From: Octopus bimaculoides
Taxonomy: Eukaryota
Length of the DNA stretch: 64,000 bases
Assembly (NCBI RefSeq): GCF_001194135.2
Contig: NC_068986.1
Span: 5,277,416-5,341,415 of the forward strand
Direction of reading: 5' to 3'
Position 1 is the stretch's first letter. Each line of letters opens with the position of its first letter. Under the pieces are notes generated by a model, which was not told the DNA's origin, did not search any database, and saw only the letters and a list, made by a program, of their open reading frames with translations. Both the position numbers and the translations under genes were made by a program. Positions 13,376 through 24,430 of the stretch are shown in pieces.

Positions 13376-14823
13376 TAGATAAAGGGAACAATATCAGGTA
13401 GATTACCACCCATATCACTCCTCTTTTGAAAACATATCTGAACCAATGAGTGATAGGTCATCATAAGAAAGAAGAATGAATTTTTAGGTTTTTTTTTTAA
13501 GAATATTTTGTTGCTTTATTATTATTATTTTTTTTAATTAACAGCAGTTACTTTCCTTGCACAACCATAAAATGCTATAGGTTAAATAATCATTTAGATA
13601 TTTGTTTATAGTATTATAATTGTTTTCAGTATTTATAGCAGACAACCCATCCTAACAGGCAAGATTATCTGCTAGTTCAGCAACAGTGGCTTAATCCTGT
13701 ATATATTTTTATTTAAAGCAATGTTAATAAGGAAAACAATCTAATTAAGAAATACTCAAATAGAGAAATAAAATAAATATAACAAACAGTTTGTTAAATT
13801 ACTTGATCAATACAGTAACGTAGCAAATATCCTTTCTTGCCATCAAATTCAGCATTCCTGTCCATAACCCTAACATTGCTCTTATTTTACTCTCTGGACA
13901 AGGCAAATTACATGTCTTTGAGCAAATTAGTTCATTGTTAAGTAATTATTTATTTTGAGTACCTTTTCAATTTCATCATAGAAGAAAATTCAGAGTATTA
14001 TATACATATATAATTAGCAATTGAACATGATCTAAATTACTCAAACAAGGAAGCGAATACTAAGCACTTGTAAGACAAGCCATATGTAAATTCCAAACTT
14101 ATATTCTCAATATTTTATAAAACAGTCACGAATGATTGACAGTGGAAAACTTATTAAAAATTACAGCAGTCTTTCCATTTTAGCTTTCAAATATCATCAG
14201 TCATTTGATATAAACTTGAGAAGATTAAAATTATAATGTGTATATGTATTGCGAGTTCATTTCTACTATTGGCATTTCACTGTGTTACAACTATATGTGT
14301 TTCACCTGTCAGGATAAGGTAGTGTGATATTTGTAATGAGAACATTCCCAGGATTCATTCTTACATGACAATCGTAACTAAAAACCCTTCTTGTGTTCTC
14401 CCCTATAAAATTTTGTAGATGGTTCCGTTTAATAGCATGAGTAAACTAAAGGATATTGCAATTGTCAGCTGCCAACTGGAGATCACTGATTTTAACATCT
14501 TCCAAATGAATCACTACTTCTAGGAATACCAAATAACATGATGCTATCTAGAAGTGTTTAAGTGATTAGGGTGTAGATTATTCATAGTGTACCTACATCC
14601 TTTATAACTGAATAGGGTAACAAAATATAAAGCAGTTGATTTGTGTTTCAGATATTATTTAAATTCTGTAACTCCTCTAATTAGCAGTTTTTCTCATAAC
14701 AAAAATCTTTACCAGAGATTTTTGATGCTTAGTTATCCAAACTGACCAAAATCATACTTTCTGTTGCTTTATCTTTGTGATAACTTTTTGAATAATAAGA
14801 ATGATTTCTTTTTTTAATTTTAA

Positions 14824-15900
14824 CCCTTTTGAGACCTAGCGTTTTGGTATGTGTAGCCAAAAAGAAAAAGACTAAAAATTTTTTTTCTATTGAGATACAT
14901 CTACTGAAAGGCAATCTCTGATTAGCTATTACATCAGGCTGATAGATCAGCATCAGTCCTTTCAGCTTGTATCACTTGGGCCAATCAATCAGCCTGGGTA
15001 GCCTAAGAGAGTTAATAAAATTTATGCAGGTTGGTCTCTTTGGTTTCCAGAATCTTAGAGCATTCATACAGCCACAGTTTGTGTCATACATGCATTGTTT
15101 CTGCTGGTGTTTTTAGGCTTGGAATACTTATATGATCCATTCCCACTCCCTGGCAGTTAACACAATTTTTTCTTATATTCTGGTATTTTCTCTGTAGTTA
15201 TTTCCGGTGGGAGGAAACATTCTTGTTTAGTATGCTCCACCCATTTGCAGGTCAGTCATGCACCTGAGGTCCTTAAAACGGATTTGTAGCAGGAATTTTA
15301 CCTACATCATGGCACTCCTGAATCCTTTAATGTCATTCTCATTGATGTAGCTGTTCCTCAAGCATTTATATAAGTCAAGTTTTCATTTGATTATCCTTTT
15401 TTTAATATTTACATTGTCAACGCACACATAATCAAGCTCCTTATTGAATTCACTCAATTTGCTCAAATTTTCCAAAGCAGCATAGAAGATTGTGTTACTA
15501 TTGATCTCTTTTGTGGAACTTAAACATTTCTACTGTAAACATTAACTCAGGGGACTAGTGCTCTTTCCAAATGTTCAGCATTTTATTGAAATATATGTTA
15601 CTGAAGTAAATTTGAAGCAATAAATGCATATTTTCCTGCTAACAAGTTAAATTTTTATTAGCAACATCAATCATGTATTAAACAATAAAAACATTTATAG
15701 TTTCTGAACATAGGTACCATATTTTTTGTCTGTGCTACCAAAAGGTTCTATCATTTCTACATAAGCCATCATAACTTTTAAAGTTAAAAGTAATATAATG
15801 GTGATTTTATGATGGTTTTACACATTGCCTTGTGTACATTGTATATTCCATTTCACTTTAACCACCTCTTCATTTTATCTCCTTGCTGTTACCTGTGTTA
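14824..15900 (-). mobile_element. Possible decayed piggyBac-like element downstream of the LONRF stop
   Basis: TTAA-CCCTTTTGAGACC end at 14820-14836; minus-strand remnants YMIDVANKN and RKNCVNCQ loosely resemble piggyBac C-terminal motifs. Second terminus not identified. Confidence 0.35.
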
Positions 15901-17705
15901 AATAAGAAAACTAGAGAATACATGTAATATAAAAATATATTTAAAAAATGCAGGAACCATTAACTAATTTTCTAGAAAGCATTCTAAATATCAGCTGGTC
16001 ATGTCCCAGTATCATACAAACATAGCTTTTGCTTCCACCAGATCTCAATATTACATCACTATAGTATAAGTTTCCCTTCAATCCTATTTTGATTGCTGAA
16101 TAACTAGCTCTGAATCACTGGAATAAAAGCTATACAGCCAAAATGAGGTATTCCAGTTTAAGTTAAGAAGTGAGTCTTGAAGGTGTTTCTAAGAACTGTT
16201 GTTTTTATTTTATCAAATTTAACTTCAGATGCTTATTGATCTCTCTCTTTGGAAAATATATAGACTGCTTTTTTTTTTTTTTCTTTTTTTTTTTTATTAT
16301 TATTTTCTTCCTCAAATATATCAGGGTTTTGCCACAAGTGAAAACAACTTTAGAAATTGAGAAATTTTTTTATCAGTGTTTCCTACACAGCAGCTATAGC
16401 TTAAGTCGTTTACGCTTGGTCTGTTGTAACACACACACACGACAGGATTGTCGTGACTGGAATACCTTTCAAGTAGTTTTCCATGACTAATCTGGGACTA
16501 CACAACAGCACTAAAATTTATTTTGAACCAAGAGTAGACCTCTGCATGTGAATGTGACTTGCTAGATATAGCTACCAAATTTTCAAATTTCCCTCAAATC
16601 ACATCTTACCACTTTCAATTAGGAAAATATACATTTAAAAATATTGTTCCAAGTTTTCAAACTCTGCGTGTATGTGCGCATCATCCATCATGTAGATTCT
16701 ATGGTGAACACCTATAGAGGAGGATGAAAGAGCAGTTTCTGAAATGAATGCAAAATCCAATTCACTTGATATCTCAGCTGCAGCTTGGGCAAATGTCTTC
16801 TGCTATAATAAACCCAAACCTATCAATACTTTGTGAGGAAATTTAGTAAATAGAAATTGAAAGAAGGCTGTTGTGTGTGTGTGTGTATTGTATATGTGTT
16901 TCTGTGTGAATGTTTACAACTTACACCAAACAAGGTACAAATGATGATGTCACTGCTCAGATATAAACAGTAATATCATTGTTTGTGGCTGGGCTGCAAC
17001 TAGTTACATTTATTGATGATTTCTTATCAACAGTTCAGATTTTTGAAAAGCAGGCAAGGGTTGGTGACAGAAAGAGCATCCTGCCTTAATTACTTACCAT
17101 TTTAGAAATGCTAGCATGGAAAAACAGTCATTAAATGAAATGATGATGAACACATAGGTATGTATGTATGTATGATATATATGTATGTACATAAATACAT
17201 GTATACCCACATACACAATGACTACATATAGAGAAACAAACATGCAATGTGTTTAATGCTTTGCAGTGTTTGTTCTTCCTTCTTGAAATCTGAGTTCAAA
17301 TCCTACTGAGGTCAACTTTGCATTTCATCATTTCAAGGTCAATAACTAAGGTGCCAAGTCTGTAGTAGTTATGTGATAGAATTGTTAGTGCATAAAAGAT
17401 GCCTTGCTGTAACTCTTCTAGTTCTTTACATTCTGAATCATATTCTCCACCATATTGGATTCCTGTGATAATAAGCTAATTGTAATATACTAGCTTCAAG
17501 TCTAATGTTAAAAAGAAAAAAGTGCTTAAGAAGTAATGAGCTCACATAAACTATGTACTAAGAGTTTACAAGAGCCCTGTATATGTGGAGGTTGCCTGTT
17601 AAAAAAAAATCTACATGTCTCTATCTATCTAACTATATATATGTGTGTGTATGTATATATAATGTAGTGCACCTAAGCACTGGATACAATAAGTTCATTA
17701 TTATT

Positions 17706-17747
<42 letters not shown>

Positions 17748-17849
17748 ACACACACAAACATTCATACACACATTTGCATACAGATATATATGCATCATCA
17801 AATGATATATATGCGCACACACACAAACATGTTTATATGTATACATATA

Positions 17850-18551
17850 CCATATTTACCAGCATATAAGACGCTCACTTCATTTTTAAATGTATCAAGA
17901 AATTGTGTGTCTAATGCCACCATATTATGGTTGGGAGACTAAGTGTCTTAAGATAGTGAGCCAGGTGAGCATAAATCAGCTTGTCACATTAATTGCTACT
18001 AATGTTAAAATATTGAAAAGAAACCAAATTATCACAGTTTCTTAGCACAAACTGAAGAAAAATTGCTTATGGTACATTGGCAGTCATGTTGGGAGGTCAC
18101 CACACCTCATTATACCTCCCTCAGTATACATTATTTAATGACTGTGTTACCTTTAAGAAACATTTATCTAAATGAAAAATTCCCCTAGAAAGATGAAAGG
18201 AATGTTAAATTTTCATCTGCCATTTGCAATGAGTGCATGACAACAACACCATAGCAGTAGTGGTGGCCAGTCATAGTTACATAAGACATCACAGCTAGAA
18301 AGACAAGTTTTACATACTTTGTGACACTTCTTTTGACCTAAATGACTATATGGTTGATCTGTAAGAAGATAGTTAAGATATGATATTCCCATAATGTAAT
18401 TTCATGCTTTATTCCGGTAAACTGTCTCAATACTGTACTTACATGCACAGTCATACCTTTTCCCTACAAATCACACTAAAATATCCTTTTTTTCCCCCCA
18501 TAAAATATACTCGTAAAAATATTGCTGCGTCTTATATGTTGGCAAATATGG
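17850..18551. mobile_element. Tc1/mariner (Tc2/pogo-type) non-autonomous element
   Basis: TIR CCATATTTACCAGCATATAAGACGC vs GCGTCTTATATGTTGGCAAATATGG (23/25 match); TA on the left flank, right flank TG. Confidence 0.7.
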
Positions 18552-20604
18552 TGTGCGTATATATATATGTATGTTTATATACATATCCATATATGCACAC
18601 ATGCATTCATATTATGCATAACAACAAAACAGAAATAGTTGGTTGTGTAAACTTTATCAAAATTCTTCCATATAGCTGGTTATTTTCTAATTTATTTTCT
18701 TCACTAATTTGTAAGTATTTATTGATCTTTGCAAAGTAAAATTCTATGTCAGTGTGACCAAGAACTTTGAAATATTGAGTCTGTTCCTCATAGCTATAAT
18801 GAAAGTTTACATACTAGCTTGTCTCATAGAATTGGTTTACTTGTGAGAAGTATTGTCTTCAATTCTAACAATTTGTGATGTTTAAGATATGGATACTGGG
18901 AGGTCTATTATAAGGATTTGTATTCCATAATTCAACTGTGAGATTTATTTTATTTATATTCCACATCTATATGTTTATATGTAACTGAAATGTTAAATGG
19001 TTTCATATATTCAAAATTAACATACTTTCCTAAAATATGCTTTGCTGTACTTCTCTTGACTGTACTTCTCTTGATACACAATGCACGATACTAAGAATAT
19101 AGATGGTTCTCTGTCTTTCAGCAATGAAAATTCAATCAATTGAATTTATATGTAAGTGGCTAAGCATTCCAGACACTTGGAATACTCAACCTTAACAAAA
19201 TTCTCAGGCAGAATTGGCACATCACAGCATGTGTGACAAGGCTGTACTTTTTCAATTACAGGTTCAATCCACTCAACAGGCTTCTTTATAGTTTCTGTCT
19301 ACCCCAAATTTCATTTACAAGGTATGGGTCAACCTTTAGAAAATGACATTTGCCCAAGGTGCCATGCAGTGGGATTGAACTTTGGTGTTGCAAAGCAAAC
19401 TTCTTAACCATTTGGCTATACTGTGCCCACTACCAAGAGTATATACATGTATATACCTAATTAAGTGTACTCTATAATCCAAGTGATTCTCTTCATGTAT
19501 GGTCCTGTACTCTGTTATTGTAACCATTGGCTGTTCTATGTTAATATTCTGTTTGTTTTGAGCTTCTATACATTGGCAGGTCTTATCTTTTTCCTATGCA
19601 AAGAATTATTCAAATGTAAAATAAATTCTATAAATAAATGGTGAGAAAAAAGTCACATGATTATTTCTTTAAGCAAATAAAATTTGATTTTTTTTAAACA
19701 ATTTTGTCAAATAAAACAAAAAATAACCCCATCAGTATTTTTTGTGATTAATTAACCTGAACAATGATTATTTAAATGTATTTCATATAAAATGTTTGGA
19801 GAAGCAAATAAATTAAATTATTTCTTGTGTGTGTGTATATATATATTTTTTTCCAACTATCTGTATTTCAAAACAATGGAATGTGCCAATTCGTGCAAAT
19901 TATTAAAAATGTTATATTTACCCATAACTCTTTGGTAAGTGATCTGTGATCTTTGGCACCTCTTACCTGTTGAGCAGAATTATTTTACTAAAAGTGGCAC
20001 TGTTGTGCATTGTATTTTACAGCTGGCAGCAACTAATGTTAGCATTAAAGGACTAACAATATACATGTAAATAAGTACAAATATAATGTGAATGTAGTGT
20101 CTTAAATATACATTGTCTTCTCTTTTACATGACTTTTTATTATAAAACCTTTACTGTACTTTTTCTAATTCTCATATTGCTGTATGTTCATAAAATCTTT
20201 CAAACATAAATCAATTTTCAATAATTTACCATTCTTCTTTTGTTCTTTCACTTTTCTCTAATTTTTCTCTGGATGAATGTGAGAAGTTGTGAGAAATGAA
20301 ATGGAGTTGATGGCATTTGTATTTGAATATCTACAGGTTTCTTGACTAGAACTTACTACCCAAACAGCTGTTGTCCAATAATGTCAAAATTATGTGTGAA
20401 TAATTTCTTACGAATCAAACAATTTTTTTAACAAATTTTATTCCTGAGCAAAATCCATAATTATTACTTTAGAAAATAACTGAAAGTGAAACCTCTCTAA
20501 CTGCTATATTCTACACATTACCAACATGCTATACCAACTTAACCTTTTCTGAAATGACAGCTACACTCTCTTCTCCCTTAACTTCTTAGTGGCATTCTTT
20601 AAAG

Positions 20605-21103
20605 CAGAGGTCACCAAACTTTTTTCACAGTGAGCCAGATAACAGAGAATGATGAGCACAGGCTGCATAACCATTTTGTTCAATACAATACAGTAAATAC
20701 ACAAAAAATAAAGCCAACCAACATTTATTTACCAAAATGTTACCAAAGAAGGCAACGTTAGCAATAAGATAGTTATCTCACACCCAGTGCACAAATATCC
20801 AAATCTCACAAACTAAACAACAAAAAAAGGTTAGTGAGGTTTGTGAAACTGGTGTTTAGCTTTTAAGGTATCAATATTTGCTTTGGAATTGCTATATTCA
20901 ACCAAAAGAATTGCTTTCAAATGTTCAGTCAACCTCATTCGATGTGCTGACTTCACATACTTCAGTTTTGAAAATGTTTGCTTACAGACATAAGTTGTTC
21001 CAAACACTGATATTCAAAGGCAAATGAATTCTCATTTACACAAAAGGTACCATACGGTGGCAAACCAGATCTGGCACACGGGCCATAGTTTGGTGACCCC
21101 CTA
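20605..21103 (-). mobile_element. hAT (Charlie/SPIN-like) internal-deletion derivative with transposase C-terminal remnant
   Basis: TIR CAGAGGTCACCAAACT / AGTTTGGTGACCCCCTA; 8-bp TSD CTTTAAAG / CTTTAGAG; minus-strand SVFGTTYVCKQTFSKLKYVKSAHRMRLTEHLKAILLV is the hAT dimerization motif (SxFGSTYxCEQxFSxMK). Confidence 0.9.
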
Positions 21104-22496
21104 CTTTAGAGTAATGTGATTCAGAATCCTCTAGAAACATAACCCTGTATTTAGGAAGACATATATATGTCCCTTCTATGGATGACTACATGATAAAGAA
21201 TATAATACTAGAGGACTATTTAGTTGAACAATGTTGCTGAACCATGTTGGATATCAATCTCTCTAGTTCAGAGAATCATAAAATCTCTAACTAGAGGAAA
21301 ATGATAGAATCCATCCTCATACACAAAGTAAAACTCAATAATTGAGCAATGGTTAGGCTACAAATAGCTTTATGTAGGGCCTGAGGCATCTGTGATCAGC
21401 TGCACTGTGACATCACAACAGTTCAAATTCAAAATATGAAGTATCCAACACAGCCAACTTTAAACCAGATAAATATGTAGTGTACATGCAACATTGGATA
21501 TTAATTGCACTGAACAATACAATAATTTATAAAAGTAATAAGATTAATTGGAAGAAAACCCTTCAAACCTCTCATGCAACTTTATCTTACCTCACGAAAC
21601 AAAAAGTTATCTTTTTCCAGTTACTAGCTTCATTATATCACACAGTTCCACCTAAGCAAGAGAGTCACTGAGTAATGTGAATTAGTGGTGTTTTGGTTAT
21701 CAAAACTATTAATGTTGACATTGAAAAAGTGAAGACATGCCTGTAGCATCTGCTACCAACTGAAACCTGAATATAGTAGGCTTTATGTTGCTGTTTGAGC
21801 TATAGGAATCCTCTGCATTATGGAAATAATACATTCCAAAACATTTTGCTGTAATGCAAAATTAATTTTCATGATATAAAGTAAGAATGCAAACTGATGG
21901 ACTTCTTCAAAAAAAAAAGAGAAAAGGTAACACAACCACTTCTATGCATGAAAAATAATTTCTAAATTTACATGGAATGTATACATTAAAATATTTGAAG
22001 AGAAATACATTAAGGAATCGCTAAGTAATATTGTAATAGGGTATGCTCTTACCACAAAAGGTATTTACTATTGTTCACTACTTTTAATCTAAAATTAACA
22101 CAAAATCACATTCCTTGACATTGAATTGTCTCCAACACAACTGCCAACACCTGGAAAGCTTGGCCTCAGTATTCCTATAGTGAATCCATCAAAATCTCTG
22201 TAAACTTCACCACAATAAATCTATAAAAAAAAGTTCATACTCTCAGACTTTGTAACTCAAGTCAAAGTTCAGCTCAATAATACTAAATCTATTATTTTAT
22301 TGAAATTAGGAAAACCAGTTCAATGCTGCCAAAATTCCAGCTAGATCTGTGAATAGGTATAATGAATAAGTTCTTACATATGAGTATAATAAAAAAAATT
22401 CTCCTCAACCTTCTCAACTTGAAATATTTGTCCAACAGGATATGATATCTGAAAGCATGCAAATAGTACAGAATCTCAGCCAGTTTATAATTATAA

Positions 22497-22710
22497 TATT
22501 GGTTTCAAATTTTGGGACAAGGCCAGCAATTTTAGGGGAGGGGTAAGCCAATTAAATCAACCCCGGTGTTCAAGTGGCACTTATTTTATCAGCCCTGAAA
22601 GGCGGAAAGGCAAAGATGCTCTTGGTGGAATTTGAACTCAAAATGTAAAAACAGACAAAATGCCACTAATTATTTTGCCTGGCTTCCTAACAATTCTAGC
22701 AGCTCACCAC
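22497..22710 (-). mobile_element. tRNA-headed CORE-like SINE
   Basis: Reverse complement of the GGTGAGCTGGCAGAATCGTTAG...CAAAATTTGAAACCAAT family. Confidence 0.85.
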
Positions 22711-22712
22711 CT

Positions 22713-23098
22713 TACTCTTTTACTTGTTTCAATCATTTGACTGCGGCACTGCCTTTTAGTTGAGTAAATCGACTCCAGGACTTATTCTTTGTAAGCCTAG
22801 TACTTATTCTATCGGTCTCTTTTGCCGGACCGCTAAGTTACGGGGATGTAAACACACCAGCATCGGTTGTCAAGCAATGTTGGGGGGACAAACACAGACA
22901 CACAAACACACACACACACATACATATATATATACATATATATACGACGGGCTTCTTTCAGTTTCTGTCTACCAAATCCACTCACAAGGCTTTGGTTGGC
23001 CCAAGGCTATAGTAGAAGACACTTGCCCAAGGTGCCACGCAGTGGGACTGAACCCAGAACCGTGTGGTTTGTAAGCAAGCTACTTACCACACAGCCAC
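22713..23098 (-). mobile_element. Second tRNA-headed SINE family, near-complete copy (other copies at about 9500-9715, 12640-12910, 19260-19420, 40270-40500, 49590-49750, 56520-56665, 60085-60180)
   Basis: On the minus strand: GTGGCTGTGTGGTAAG (A-box-like)...GGTTCAGTCCC (B-box-like) head, TGGGCAAGTGTCTTCT body, internal (TA)/(TG) microsatellite, AAGAGTAA tail. Confidence 0.85.
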
Positions 23099-23327
23099 TC
23101 CTAATTATAATATTTTTTCTTTTTACTATTAGTAATTCAGTTGATATCATCATAATGAGCCGTATGTCACAAGATCTCGCAGAGCTGAAGTTATAAAAAC
23201 CAAAATCATCAAATCCATGCAGTTGTCTTTAATTGACAATAAAACACTGATTTAAAACATCTGTATTTGTTTGAAGTTGATCTATGATTACACATTTAAT
23301 ACCATATGCTAAAAACTTGTGAGATAT

Positions 23328-23874
23328 TGTAGGCAACGCTAACTGAAACAGATTTGCAGACCCACAAAATATTCGTTGGGAGTCAATGACAGCTATCTCT
23401 CCTGATCGAACAATCTAGAATATTCCAGAAAATTCCAGGTGAACATGATTAACTCCCTCTTTGTTAATTTATTACGCATAACTTCAAAATAACACACAGG
23501 AGGTCGCTAGTAGCACATTGCCTATTTAAGTGTGCATTCCCGCTTAAATCACTCTCTTCTTTAACAGCTTCTTTGAGGCGTGACAAGAGCCACTGCGACA
23601 ACAAGGGAGCCAGGCACATGAATTCAATATCTGATTTCCTACCAGTAGCTCGTCATGGTATTCTACGTCTAGTGCCTGTAGAAAGTAAACCTCATAGCTT
23701 GATTTATTTCTATTTACTCAAAGTTACCATGGAACAGGGCAAGTTGTTCCAAACCTTTCTTCTTCTCAGAAATCTTTTTTGAACATTGTATGAGTTCATT
23801 TGTCACGCATCTGAATAAAACCTTGAACATAAAATTATTCGCACAGAATGAGTGTTGTCCTTATTTACTGCACA
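23328..23874 (+). mobile_element. Probable solo LTR (~550 bp)
   Basis: TGT...ACA termini with flanks GATAT / GATGT (4/5 TSD match), TATTTAAG TATA-like box near 23523, AATAAA near 23814. Confidence 0.45.
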
Positions 23875-24430
23875 GATGTATTTCATGGTTATTGTATTAA
23901 TGATCCAGTCTAATTATTAAAGTGTTGACGTTTTTATTAGCAACCTCTCACACTAAAATATTGACAAGTAAATTGACTCTATTACTTCACTGGTATTTAA
24001 TGGGGTTTTTTTTCTATTTTCTGACACTCTACCACTGAACCATGTGCTTTCATACACACACACACACACACATTTATATATAGTGAAGGCACAATGCTCA
24101 GTGGTTAGAGCATTGGCTATGAGATGAGAGAGACAATATGCATTCTATACTCTTTGTGTGAAAAATCCTAAATGTTAAAATTTATTTTAATTTGAATTCA
24201 CTGGAAGAAAAAGGTTTCTTTTTACATGATGTAAAAAAAAACCCATCTGAAACATCTGTAGTTAACCTCAGTCCATTTGTGTTATTATCTATACTACATC
24301 ACATTTAGAGCCTACAGTGGGTGGACTGTGGACTGCATGCCAGAGTACTCTTGTGTGATTTTATGTATACATTGAATGTATTTGGTTTGTACTTGTGGAT
24401 GTATGTGTAACTGGAAGGACAAAGAGTATA

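Noticed and set aside
21700-22400. Possible additional decayed L1-like LINE
   Set aside because: Only vague motif resemblance; I could not recover a convincing peptide.
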